From: Elusimicrobiota bacterium
GTDB lineage: Bacteria > Elusimicrobiota > Endomicrobiia > Endomicrobiales > Endomicrobiaceae
Length of the DNA stretch: 64,000 nt
NCBI GenBank assembly: GCA_052034625.1
Contig: JBPOII010000005.1
Span: 6,417 to 70,416, forward strand
Reading direction: 5' to 3'
Positions within the stretch are counted from its first letter, which is position 1. Each line of letters starts with the position of its first letter. This document shows positions 37,211 through 45,500 of the stretch, in pieces. Under the pieces are notes generated by a model, which saw only the letters and a program-made list of their open reading frames with translations, did no database searches and was not told the DNA's origin. The position numbers and the translations under genes are program-made.

Positions 37211-38935
37211 TCACCTTTTTTTATCGGTATTTTTAGTTTTTTCAGGAACAATATCATCTTTAGGAATATCAAGATACTGAGCGCAGCGCAGAGCGATATT
37301 TTTAAATACCGGTGCTGTTACGGAAGATGCATAATAATCGCCTTGAGGTTCATCTATGACAACAAGAATCACAAGCTGCGGGTCCTCGGTAGGGATCATT
37401 CCTGCAAATGAAGCGATATAATGTTTTGTTGAATATTTTTTTGTCTCAGTATCTATTTTCTGAGCCGTACCTGTTTTTCCGCCTGTCGTATATCCCGGAA
37501 CTTTTGCTGACTTTCCCGTTCCTTTATCTACAACATTTTTAAGAAGTTTTTTCATCTCCCTAGCTGTTTCAACAGAAATAACCCTGCGTATTTCTTTAGG
37601 TTCAAAAAATTCCATATCCTCAGGCTGAGTATTTTCTATATGTTTTATCAAAATAGGCTTCAAAAGAACACCATCATTTGCTATAGCAGAAAAAGCACTA
37701 AGCATCTGCAATGCAGTAACACCTATACCTTGACCGAAAGATATTGTCGGAAGAGATAAAGCACTCCAATTCTTTTCATCTGCAAGAAGACCTTTGGCTT
37801 CACCCGGAAGATCTATGCCGCTTAATGAATAAAAACCGAATTTTCTGATATATTCATAAAATAAAGTGCTTCCTAATTTTTCTGCGATTTTTACCATTCC
37901 GATATTAGAAGACTGTTCCATAGTTGTACTTAAAGACGCATAGCCTTTTATTTTATGGTCATCACGGATAGTGTGCTTGCCTATTTTCATCCGGCCGTTT
38001 TCAAGATAAAAATTCTCATTTAATCTTATCTTATTTTCTTCAAGTGCCGCCGCAACTGTTACTATCTTAAAAGTCGATCCCGGCTCGAAAATATCACTTA
38101 TAGCCGCATTTCTTAAAAGATTTATATTTTTTATTTTATCATTAAAATCAAAATCCGGCAGGGATACCATCGCCAATATTGCACCATTCTTTGGATTTTG
38201 TACGATACACATTGCTTTTTTTGCTTTATAATCCGAAAATGCGCGCCTCAACTCCTGCTCTGCAATAAATTGTATGTTCTTATCTATGGTCAGTTCAACA
38301 TCACAACCGCGTATTTTTGTCTTATCTATCATCTTATCGTCTATCAAGCGGCCTCTGCCGTCTTTATATTGTTTGGTTTTTACGCTCTCACCTGATAGAT
38401 ATTGATTACATGTCTTTTCAATGCCTTCAAGACCTTCTCCTTCCGAATTTGTTATCCCAAGTATATGAGCAAGAAGTCTGCCTTCGGGGTATTGTCTCTT
38501 ATATTTGCTTTCAAAGCCCACGCCAAGTAATTTTTCGGCTTTTATAGCCCTAACTGTATCAACATCTAAATCAGACGGTATTGGGAAATAAGAAGTATCG
38601 CCGAATTCTTTCAGATTTTTTTGTTTAATATCTATTCCATAACCCTTAAGTTTTTCTTTCACGTGAGAAAAATTATTTATTATTTTAGGATCAAGAAAAA
38701 GAGAATATTTTCTGACACTGGAAGCAAGTATCCTTCCTTTAGCATCAAGAATATCACCTCTTTTCGGAACTTCTATATTTTCCCTTCTTACCATGCGATC
38801 TACAGCTTTATTTATCTTGGCATAAAGGAAAAATTGAAGATAAATAATTTTAATAAAGAGAACAAAAAAAATGAAAAGTACTGATATAACAAGCACTTTT
38901 CGCCTATTCATTTGTTTATTTGTTTTATTTATCAT
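37211..38935 (-). CDS. ftsI: class B penicillin-binding protein (FtsI/PBP3-type transpeptidase)
   Basis: 574 aa. N-terminal TM anchor, STFK (EPGSTFKIVT), SSN (EQSSNIG) and KTGT (GGKTGTAQ) motifs. Confidence 0.93.
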   Translation of the reverse strand: MINKTNKQMNRRKVLVISVLFIFFVLFIKIIYLQFFLYAKINKAVDRMVRRENIEVPKRGDILDAKGRILASSVRKYSLFLDPKIINNFSHVKEKLKGYGIDIKQKNLKEFGDTSYFPIPSDLDVDTVRAIKAEKLLGVGFESKYKRQYPEGRLLAHILGITNSEGEGLEGIEKTCNQYLSGESVKTKQYKDGRGRLIDDKMIDKTKIRGCDVELTIDKNIQFIAEQELRRAFSDYKAKKAMCIVQNPKNGAILAMVSLPDFDFNDKIKNINLLRNAAISDIFEPGSTFKIVTVAAALEENKIRLNENFYLENGRMKIGKHTIRDDHKIKGYASLSTTMEQSSNIGMVKIAEKLGSTLFYEYIRKFGFYSLSGIDLPGEAKGLLADEKNWSALSLPTISFGQGIGVTALQMLSAFSAIANDGVLLKPILIKHIENTQPEDMEFFEPKEIRRVISVETAREMKKLLKNVVDKGTGKSAKVPGYTTGGKTGTAQKIDTETKKYSTKHYIASFAGMIPTEDPQLVILVVIDEPQGDYYASSVTAPVFKNIALRCAQYLDIPKDDIVPEKTKNTDKKR

Positions 38936-38939
38936 TTTA

Positions 38940-39191
38940 TTATTCTATATGAACTACAAAATTTTCCTCTGGTTTAAATAAATTCTTCTCTTTTGCAATT
39001 TTGTCCATTTTATCAAGAGAAAGGACAGAGTTGATTTTTATCATCAAAGAGTCGTTTTCATTATTGATCCTTTCATACTCGCTCTGTAATTCGCTGACTC
39101 TATATCCCATACGGGTAGCCGTAGTCTGCTGCCAGAGATATATAAAAACGCTTAATATTATTAATGTTAAAGCTATTATCGGTTTATGCAT
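38940..39191 (-). CDS. ftsL: FtsL-like cell division protein
   Basis: 83 aa. Single TM followed by a short coiled coil, positioned between rsmH and ftsI. Confidence 0.75.
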   Translation of the reverse strand: MHKPIIALTLIILSVFIYLWQQTTATRMGYRVSELQSEYERINNENDSLMIKINSVLSLDKMDKIAKEKNLFKPEENFVVHIE

Positions 39192-40060
39192 TATATTTTC
39201 TCCGCCGCCCTTATTTTTGCGCTTCTGCTGCGATGATTTTGTCTTATTTCCTCTTCGGTAGCAGTAATAACTTTTTTTGTAAGAATTTTATAAATACCTT
39301 CTGAAGAATTATTCTTAAAATTCTGTTTAACTATTCTGTCTTCAAGAGAATGAAAAATTATTATTACCACTCTTCCGCCGGAATTTAAAAGCTCCGGAGC
39401 TGACTTCAGCAGCATTTCAAGATTTTCAAGTTCCCCGTTAACAAAAATCCTTAATGCCTGGAAAACTTTTGTCGCAGGGTTTATTTTACCTTCAGGTCTT
39501 TTTACCGATACTACAATTTCCTGAAGTTCCTGTGCCGTATTTATCTTTCCTTTTTTACGTCTCTGACATATAGCTTTTGCTATCTGTCTTGAACGATACT
39601 CTTCACCGTATTTATAAAAAATGTCTGCGAGTTCTTCTTCCGGATAAGAGTTGATTATTTCTTTTGCCGTAAGCGGATTTCTCTGGTCCATTCTCATATC
39701 AAGAACTTTTGAATTAAAAGAAAACCCTCTGTCCATATCGTCAAACTGTTTTGACGAAACGCCTATATCAGCAAGAATACCGTCGATCTTATTTATGTTT
39801 ATACTTTTAAGAGCGTTTTTTATATTTTTAAAATTATCTCTTATAAAAGTTACTCTTCCGTCAAAATCTTTTTCTCTTTCTTTAAATCTGTCCTGGGCAT
39901 CTGCATCCCAGTCAAAAGCCACTATCCTTATATCTTTAAACTTCTCAAGCAGATACTTTGTATGACCGCCGCCGCCAAAAGTACAATCCACATATAATCC
40001 TGAAAGATTATTTATCAAATATTGAGATGATTCCGAAGGCATTACCGAGATATGGTACAT
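39191..40060 (-). CDS. rsmH: 16S rRNA (cytosine1402-N4)-methyltransferase
   Basis: The likely start is MYHISVMP (ATG 40060; the listed 5' extension overlaps the upstream gene). DCTFGGGGHT, DLGVSS-like DIGVSSKQFD and FHSLEDRIVK motifs. Confidence 0.94.
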   Translation of the reverse strand: MYHISVMPSESSQYLINNLSGLYVDCTFGGGGHTKYLLEKFKDIRIVAFDWDADAQDRFKEREKDFDGRVTFIRDNFKNIKNALKSININKIDGILADIGVSSKQFDDMDRGFSFNSKVLDMRMDQRNPLTAKEIINSYPEEELADIFYKYGEEYRSRQIAKAICQRRKKGKINTAQELQEIVVSVKRPEGKINPATKVFQALRIFVNGELENLEMLLKSAPELLNSGGRVVIIIFHSLEDRIVKQNFKNNSSEGIYKILTKKVITATEEEIRQNHRSRSAKIRAAEKI

Positions 40061-40061
40061 T

Positions 40062-40415
40062 TTATTTAAAAAATAACATCTTTGCGGCAACTATTATCAA
40101 TAATACGCCAAAAAATTTCTTCAAGACATTTTCAGGCAGAGCCGTCGCAAAATGCGCGCCGATAAGCCCGCCTATGATAAAACCTATACCTATTAAAGCC
40201 GCAATACCTAAATCTACATGACCTTTTTTATAATAAGTAAACATAGCAAAAAAACTCAGCATTATTATCGCAAGAGATGTTCCCTGAGCCTGATGCTGGG
40301 TCATTTTAAGAAAAAACACCATAAGCGGAACTAAAACAATGCCCCCGCCTACTCCCATTAAACCGCTCAAAATTCCACCGGCAAGACCGATGCCGACACA
40401 AGTTATAATTTCCAT
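40062..40415 (-). CDS. half-size TSUP (TauE/SafE) family membrane protein
   Basis: 117 aa with 4 predicted TMs. GGILSGLMGVGGGIVLVPLM and GIGFIIGGLIGA are typical TSUP repeats. The protein is about half the usual ~250 aa length. Confidence 0.7.
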   Translation of the reverse strand: MEIITCVGIGLAGGILSGLMGVGGGIVLVPLMVFFLKMTQHQAQGTSLAIIMLSFFAMFTYYKKGHVDLGIAALIGIGFIIGGLIGAHFATALPENVLKKFFGVLLIIVAAKMLFFK

Positions 40416-40424
40416 TTCTTATTA

Positions 40425-40765
40425 TTTAAGACGGGCTATACACCGGATTCTGTCTTTTAAGAAGCGTGCTTCATAAAAGTGCGATCATTTCTCTGCCGTC
40501 AAGATCACTCTTAACGGTCAAGCGGTCAAACTTCAACCTTGCTTTCCAGTAAGGGTTTAGCCGTTTCACCTTTTGCATTACTGCAAAAGCTTATCCTTTT
40601 TCAAGGATACTTTTACCGTTTCCGGTAAAAGCGTCTCTGCTCGCACCTCTGACCTTGCGGCCGACAGGGATTACCTGCTACCGTTCTCCGCAGACAGCAA
40701 GCTGTCTGTGGTAAAGTCCGGACTTTCCTCTCCGCATTGCGGAGCGATCGCGAGCCCGTCTATGG
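40425..40765 (-). ncRNA. rnpB: RNase P RNA, bacterial type A
   Basis: Minus strand begins AGACGGGCU...GAGAGGAAAGUCCGGACU (CR-I), contains AAGGUGAAACGG (CR-II/III-like) and ends ...ACAGAAUCCGGUGUAUAGCCCGUCU (CR-V, with P1 pairing to the 5' end). It forms a GC-rich island in an AT-rich genome. Ends are +/- 5 nt. Confidence 0.9.
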
Positions 40766-41473
40766 CTTTTTCATTAAAATTCTCGAACAATTATCACAGT
40801 ATACAAGTTCAGTGTATTTATATGCTTGATTGATAAGTTGTGGACGCAAAACCATTCCGCATCCGCCGCAGCTTTCTCCGTCAATAAAGCAAATACCCTG
40901 TCCATTCCTTCCTTCACGGATACGTTCATACTGTTCTAATATATTCTTATCGACTTTTTGTTTATGCTCTTCTCTTTCTTTTTCTAATTTTGCTATTTCA
41001 TCTTCACTTTTTTTAGAAGAATTCTTTATCTCTTCAATTTCAGCATTTGTTTTCTGTTCAAAAACTTTAAAGTCTGCTTCCGCCTGTTTGATAACTGCCG
41101 ATTCAATATCAATTTTTTCCATAAGTTCAAGTATCTCATCTTCTATAACGCTTTTATCGGCTTTTGCCTTTTCGATTTCAAGAAGCATAGCTTTATATGT
41201 ATCATTGGATTTAATACTATTAAGTTCAAGTGAATGTTTATCTATCAGCTTTTCTTTAGAATCTAAAAGAGCTTCTTTTTCTTTTTTAATTGAATTAAGT
41301 TCTACAAAGTGTTTTTTTTCAGCTTCGGCAGTGGCTTTTTTTTCTTGAAGCTCCTTCTCTTTTTCTTCTATTAAAACCGGTGAATTTTCAACGTTTTCTT
41401 TGATTTTTTCAATTTTAATATCATAATCCTGAAGTTCGTATAACAATTCCAGATTTTGTTTTAAGTTTTCCAT
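40760..41473 (-). CDS. coiled-coil protein with C-terminal C4 zinc ribbon (COG1579-like)
   Basis: 237 aa. A long Glu/Lys-rich heptad region is followed by CGGCGMVL...CDNCSRIL. Confidence 0.8.
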   Translation of the reverse strand: MENLKQNLELLYELQDYDIKIEKIKENVENSPVLIEEKEKELQEKKATAEAEKKHFVELNSIKKEKEALLDSKEKLIDKHSLELNSIKSNDTYKAMLLEIEKAKADKSVIEDEILELMEKIDIESAVIKQAEADFKVFEQKTNAEIEEIKNSSKKSEDEIAKLEKEREEHKQKVDKNILEQYERIREGRNGQGICFIDGESCGGCGMVLRPQLINQAYKYTELVYCDNCSRILMKKP

Positions 41474-41555
41474 TTATACCTCTTATTTATTTCGGCAGAT
41501 AAGGGATTTATGATCGCCGTCATTATATTAAGTAAATATTAAACATTTATTTAAA

Positions 41556-41627
41556 TGGGTAGTGCAGGGTTTGAACCTGCGGCCACTCGCGTGTGAGGCG
41601 AGTACTCTTCCGCTGAGCTAACTACCC
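41556..41627 (-). tRNA. tRNA-Val (CAC)
   Basis: 72-nt cloverleaf GGGTAGT TA GCTC..GAGT A CTCGC CTCACAC GCGAG .. GCAGG TTCAAAC CCTGC ACTACCC A. CCA is not encoded. Confidence 0.92.
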
Positions 41628-41641
41628 AACGAATACTAATT

Positions 41642-41671
41642 ATTATAGCAAGTTTTAAAAAGACGGGTCAA
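41642..41671 (-). promoter_or_regulatory. sigma70-type promoter for tRNA-Val
   Basis: Minus strand reads TTGACC-18 nt-TATAAT, with the -10 about 14 nt upstream of the tRNA 5' end. Confidence 0.75.
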
Positions 41672-41673
41672 AT

Positions 41674-41699
41674 AAAAAAACCCTTGATTTCTCAAGAGT
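41674..41699 (-). terminator. rho-independent terminator after tRNA(CAU)
   Basis: Minus strand reads CTCTTGA-GAAA-TCAAGGG followed by a T7 run. Confidence 0.75.
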
Positions 41700-41714
41700 T
41701 ATTTAATTTTAAAT

Positions 41715-41788
41715 TGGGCCTGGTAGGACTTGAACCTACGACCATTCGATTATGAGTCGAGTGCTCTAACCAACTGAGCTACAGGCCC
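41715..41788 (-). tRNA. tRNA with CAU anticodon, elongator type; leans tRNA-Ile2 (lysidine) over tRNA-Met
   Basis: 74-nt cloverleaf GGGCCTG TA GCTC AGTTGGTTA GAGC A CTCGA CTCATAA TCGAA TGGTC GTAGG TTCAAGT CCTAC CAGGCCC A. The anticodon arm CGACTCATAATCG and the C4:G69/C5:G68 pairs resemble ileX-type tRNAs. Confidence 0.9.
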
Positions 41789-41805
41789 GCTTAAAATGTC
41801 TGGAA

Positions 41806-41834
41806 ATTATACTTAAATCTGTTCCTAAAGTCAA
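41806..41834 (-). promoter_or_regulatory. near-consensus sigma70 promoter for tRNA(CAU)
   Basis: Minus strand reads TTGACT-17 nt-TATAAT, starting 5 nt after the rfbA stop codon. Confidence 0.8.
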
Positions 41835-41838
41835 CAGG

Positions 41839-42708
41839 CTATTTTTCCACAGCTATTCTTTTAATATAGTCAGCATACGGAGCACCTTCTGCGAGATCTA
41901 ACAACTCTTTTTTTGTAATATAGCCATTTCTATAGGCTATCTCTTCAAGACAACTTATCATAAAACCTTGTCTTTCTTCAATAGTTTTTATAAATAAAGA
42001 GGCGTCAAGAAGCGATTCATATGTTCCGGCATCAAGCCAGCTAAAACCTCTGCCTAAAAGTGCAACATTCAGTTTATTTTTTTTAAGATACTCAGCGTTC
42101 ACATCGGTAATTTCCAATTCCCCTCTTTGAGAAGGTTTTACATTCTTTGCTATTTCAATCGCATCGTTATCATAAAAATAAAGCCCTGTAACAGCCCAAT
42201 TGGATTTCGGTTTTTTCGGTTTTTCTTCTATTGAAACAGCTTTATTGTTCTTATCAAGTTCAACTATACCATACCTTTGAGGATCTTTTACATAATATCC
42301 AAATATTGTCGCACCATCCTGTCTGAGAGCGGCATCAGTCATTATCTTTGAAAGTCCGTGTCCGTAAAATATATTATCGCCGAGTATTAAAGCTATATTA
42401 TCCTCGCCTATGAAAGATTCTCCTATAATAAGTGCCTCGGCAAGTCCGCCGGGTTTTTCCTGAAGTGCATATTCAATATTCAATCCCAGATTTTTGCCAT
42501 CACCAAAAAGTTTTTTTAACTGAGGGAGGGTTTCTTCATTGGAAATTATCAGTATATCCCTTATTCCTGCAAGCATAAGCGTTGAAAGAGGATAGTATAC
42601 CATCGGTTTATTGAAAACGGGAAGCAATTGTTTGCTTACAACTTTTGTTATCGGATAAAGCCTTGTGGCTTTTCCGCCTGCAAGAATAATTCCTTTTGTC
42701 TTTTTCAT
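41839..42708 (-). CDS. rfbA: glucose-1-phosphate thymidylyltransferase
   Basis: The likely start is [21 protein letters not shown] (ATG 42708). Full-length RmlA pattern includes [33 protein letters not shown] and ELEITD. Confidence 0.95.
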   Translation of the reverse strand: MKKTKGIILAGGKATRLYPITKVVSKQLLPVFNKPMVYYPLSTLMLAGIRDILIISNEETLPQLKKLFGDGKNLGLNIEYALQEKPGGLAEALIIGESFIGEDNIALILGDNIFYGHGLSKIMTDAALRQDGATIFGYYVKDPQRYGIVELDKNNKAVSIEEKPKKPKSNWAVTGLYFYDNDAIEIAKNVKPSQRGELEITDVNAEYLKKNKLNVALLGRGFSWLDAGTYESLLDASLFIKTIEERQGFMISCLEEIAYRNGYITKKELLDLAEGAPYADYIKRIAVEK

Positions 42709-42743
42709 TATGATATCCCCATTCATTGATATTGTTTTGATTA

Positions 42744-43946
42744 TTATATCATACTTTGACCGGAAGTATATTCTCTTTCGGTTTCATCTTGATCCTTACC
42801 ATATGGAACAAGATGGGCTGCCCATCCGCCTTTTCTTGAATCCAGGTATGCATCTATAGGATTATTTTTATCATTGACAGCCAGAAACATATTCAAGGCA
42901 ATATTTCCGGCAATAAATCCGACTATCACCGTAGCAACAATTTTTGGAACTTTTGAATACAATTTAATTGAGAATACTGCAAACTGTTTTGCAATAAGTG
43001 TCTTGAAAGGAATTGCAACTGAAAGATTCGGATAACCTGTATTCTTTCCTTTCTTATCAGGGAACATCGTACCTTTAGTATTATATATTGATGCTGCTGA
43101 GCGCACAATAATAACAGGCTTTCTTATCCCGAGAAGATTTCCAAACAAAGGAGTATATCTATTTTCATTATTTAAAAGATTTTCATCTGATAAATTGACC
43201 TTTATCTTTTGTTTGTATATATCTTCCGTTGAAATATACCAAGATGTATCTGATTTGGCATATACCTTTCTGTTTAAGAAAAGAATACTTTTAAGTTTTT
43301 CCAACAGCTTATTCGATGAATCCGGATCGGTATCATCAAAATCAAATATATCTGAACTTTGATTGAAAACAAAATGCAGACCATTAAAATCACCGTTATA
43401 AGTATATAAGTATTTTATCCCATTATCATTTCTCTCAAGTCCAAAAATCCTTTGGGCATTAGCAATTGTAGGCAATGCTGCAGGACTTACAATGAGGCTA
43501 TATCCTTTTAGATTATATTCAGCTATTAATGTATCAACATAAGTTAAATGCGAGATCAAAGCGATATCTTGAGCTTTTTTGAGAGCCTCAACAATTTCTT
43601 TCATCCTTTTTACCGATGAATATTCTCTGCTCCAGGATCTTGAAATATCACCAGTCGGATAAGCCGCTATAATATCGGTATTAAATGAAGGCATCTGAAT
43701 AAAAAAAGGATCCGTTCCAAGTGCAAGCGTTATGCCCATAATATAATTTAAACCGGCTACTAAATTCATTGTACGGGCTTTATGTGTAGCGATTGATAAA
43801 GCTATATTATCGACAGCATTTTGCATGTTCATTCTATCTCTTATAATCTTTGCAATGTTTAACATCATCGCCCAGCTTAAAACAAGAATAAGCGTAAATA
43901 TCATAAAATAATACAGCGTTTGTCCTCGATTATTATTTACTGTCAT
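42744..43946 (-). CDS. TadG-like pseudopilin / pilus-associated protein
   Basis: 400 aa. N-terminal NNRG|[15 protein letters not shown] hydrophobic segment, then [26 protein letters not shown] resembling the Tad_N (TadE/G-like) motif. ATGA overlap with the upstream gene. Confidence 0.6.
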   Translation of the reverse strand: MTVNNNRGQTLYYFMIFTLILVLSWAMMLNIAKIIRDRMNMQNAVDNIALSIATHKARTMNLVAGLNYIMGITLALGTDPFFIQMPSFNTDIIAAYPTGDISRSWSREYSSVKRMKEIVEALKKAQDIALISHLTYVDTLIAEYNLKGYSLIVSPAALPTIANAQRIFGLERNDNGIKYLYTYNGDFNGLHFVFNQSSDIFDFDDTDPDSSNKLLEKLKSILFLNRKVYAKSDTSWYISTEDIYKQKIKVNLSDENLLNNENRYTPLFGNLLGIRKPVIIVRSAASIYNTKGTMFPDKKGKNTGYPNLSVAIPFKTLIAKQFAVFSIKLYSKVPKIVATVIVGFIAGNIALNMFLAVNDKNNPIDAYLDSRKGGWAAHLVPYGKDQDETEREYTSGQSMI

Positions 43947-44599
43947 TCTTCATCCTCAAAATTTCTGGCTCCAGGATAGGCCTTATTATAATAAGCAGAA
44001 TCCGGAGACGGGACCATTCTGCTTCTTGCCGACTGATATCTGCGGCTCCCCGATTTTCCAAGGATTTTATCTGTCATTTCTCTGCGGGATGTTTTTTTTA
44101 CTACAAGAGAACCAAACATCACTCTTGTAAAATAATAAATTTTTACAGTATGGTCTGTAAGCACATTATTTGAATAATCATAGGTTTTCCTGCTTGCAGT
44201 TACAGGTTTATGCATCGTTACAAAACTATCGCTGTCATCAGAAGAAACAGATTCTTCTTCATTATTATCTTCACTCTCATTTTTTCTGTTAAAAAAAGTT
44301 CCCACGGTTGAAGAGTTTGAAAACCCAAAACTCCCTAACATTCGTGAAGTTGTTTCACTTACCGTAAAAGGATAGAAATTAACAAGATATTTTTTTACTC
44401 TGTTTTTTGCTTCATTAAACTTTGCTTCGCCGCCGCCGGTAACAGCAGCCGAACGCATAGCTGTAAAAGCGGCTTCATTTGCAGTCATGTCATCTACGGC
44501 GATTATGCATATCTGTAAAAAAGCGAACATTATTATTGTAGTAAAGGCCACAACAAATAAAGCTTCTATAAGAGATTGTCCTCTTGGCTTTTTTATCAT
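43943..44599 (-). CDS. TadE-like pseudopilin
   Basis: 218 aa. Leader MIKKPRG|QSLIEALFVVAFTTIIMFAF has Glu at +5 of the putative prepilin cleavage site. ATGA overlap with the upstream gene. Confidence 0.6.
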   Translation of the reverse strand: MIKKPRGQSLIEALFVVAFTTIIMFAFLQICIIAVDDMTANEAAFTAMRSAAVTGGGEAKFNEAKNRVKKYLVNFYPFTVSETTSRMLGSFGFSNSSTVGTFFNRKNESEDNNEEESVSSDDSDSFVTMHKPVTASRKTYDYSNNVLTDHTVKIYYFTRVMFGSLVVKKTSRREMTDKILGKSGSRRYQSARSRMVPSPDSAYYNKAYPGARNFEDEE

Positions 44600-44793
44600 T
44601 TCACATAACTCCTGTCGACAACTCCGGAAACATTTACAATAGTATTTCCGGCACCGGAAATTGCCGCGGTCTTTTCATAGCGTTTTTTCCATGAGGCTTT
44701 ATACATTGTCCAGATCCCGCTTGTTGCCGCAAGTAATACGACAAGCACAAGCAAAAACTCGACAAAAGTCTGTCCATTATTTCTTTTGTCCAT
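44596..44793 (-). CDS. short Flp/type IV-like pilin (class III signal peptide)
   Basis: 65 aa. MDKRNNG|QTFVEFLLVLVVLLAATSGIW has G at -1, E at +5 and a hydrophobic helix. The predicted mature product is about 58 aa. Confidence 0.6.
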   Translation of the reverse strand: MDKRNNGQTFVEFLLVLVVLLAATSGIWTMYKASWKKRYEKTAAISGAGNTIVNVSGVVDRSYVK

Positions 44794-44804
44794 AATTTTG
44801 TTTT

Positions 44805-45500
44805 TTATTCTATTAATTTTGTAGTAACAAAAATCAGAACATTAGTTTTTGTATCATAGTGTTTTGTCAGGCTGAATAATGCGCCAAGGATCGGGATATC
44901 ACATAAAACAGGTATTCCTTCAACTGTTTTCCCTTTAGTCGTTTCAATAAGTCCGGCTAAAACCATAGTTTCGCCGTTCTTTATCTGAAGATGTGAAGAT
45001 GCCTGTCTTTTAGCTATAGAAGGATATCCTGCTACGGGAGCATTATAGTCAAGCCTTGAAAGTTCAGTTTCAAGAACTATGTCTATTTCTTCGTCTTTCT
45101 GTACAGTCGGGGTAATTTTCATTATTATCCCGAATTCTTTCCATTCTATTTTAGAAGTTCCTACAGCAGTCGCTACTACAGGAAATTCTCCGCCAACCAT
45201 AAATTTGGCTGTTGTGCCTGATTTTGTAACTAATTTGGGTTTTGATAAGACTTTTGCGGCGCCATTTGTTTCGAGGGTTTTCAATGTTGTGGTAAATGCA
45301 GTGATCCTTTCCCATGCGCCGGATTCGATTATCGATGGAATCGTTGATTCTACGGCAGATATTTCCGTAGGCCATTCTATGCCGAGTTCCAAAGATTTAT
45401 TTTCGTTTACTTCCGTTATTTCAACGGAAATCTCGATCATTTTTTCTGAGTATACCAAAGATGCAAAAAATAAAAACGGGATAAAAAGTAGTTTTCTCAT
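44805..45500 (-). CDS. minimal secretin (secretin C-domain only, CpaC/RcpA/GspD-related)
   Basis: 231 aa. Signal peptide MRKLLFIPFLFFASLVYS. Secretin-domain signatures LETNGAAKVLSKPKLVTKSGTTAKFMVGGEFP, IKNGETMVLAGLI, VEGIPVLCDIPILGALF and NVLIFVTTKLI. No room for N0/N1 or BON domains. ATGA overlap with the gcvT stop. Confidence 0.7.
   Translation of the reverse strand: MRKLLFIPFLFFASLVYSEKMIEISVEITEVNENKSLELGIEWPTEISAVESTIPSIIESGAWERITAFTTTLKTLETNGAAKVLSKPKLVTKSGTTAKFMVGGEFPVVATAVGTSKIEWKEFGIIMKITPTVQKDEEIDIVLETELSRLDYNAPVAGYPSIAKRQASSHLQIKNGETMVLAGLIETTKGKTVEGIPVLCDIPILGALFSLTKHYDTKTNVLIFVTTKLIE

Noticed and set aside
40573-40833. 86-aa plus-strand ORF
   Set aside because: It lies antisense to RNase P RNA and to the 3' end of the Zn-ribbon gene. 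It has no RBS, and its composition simply reflects the GC-rich RNA gene.
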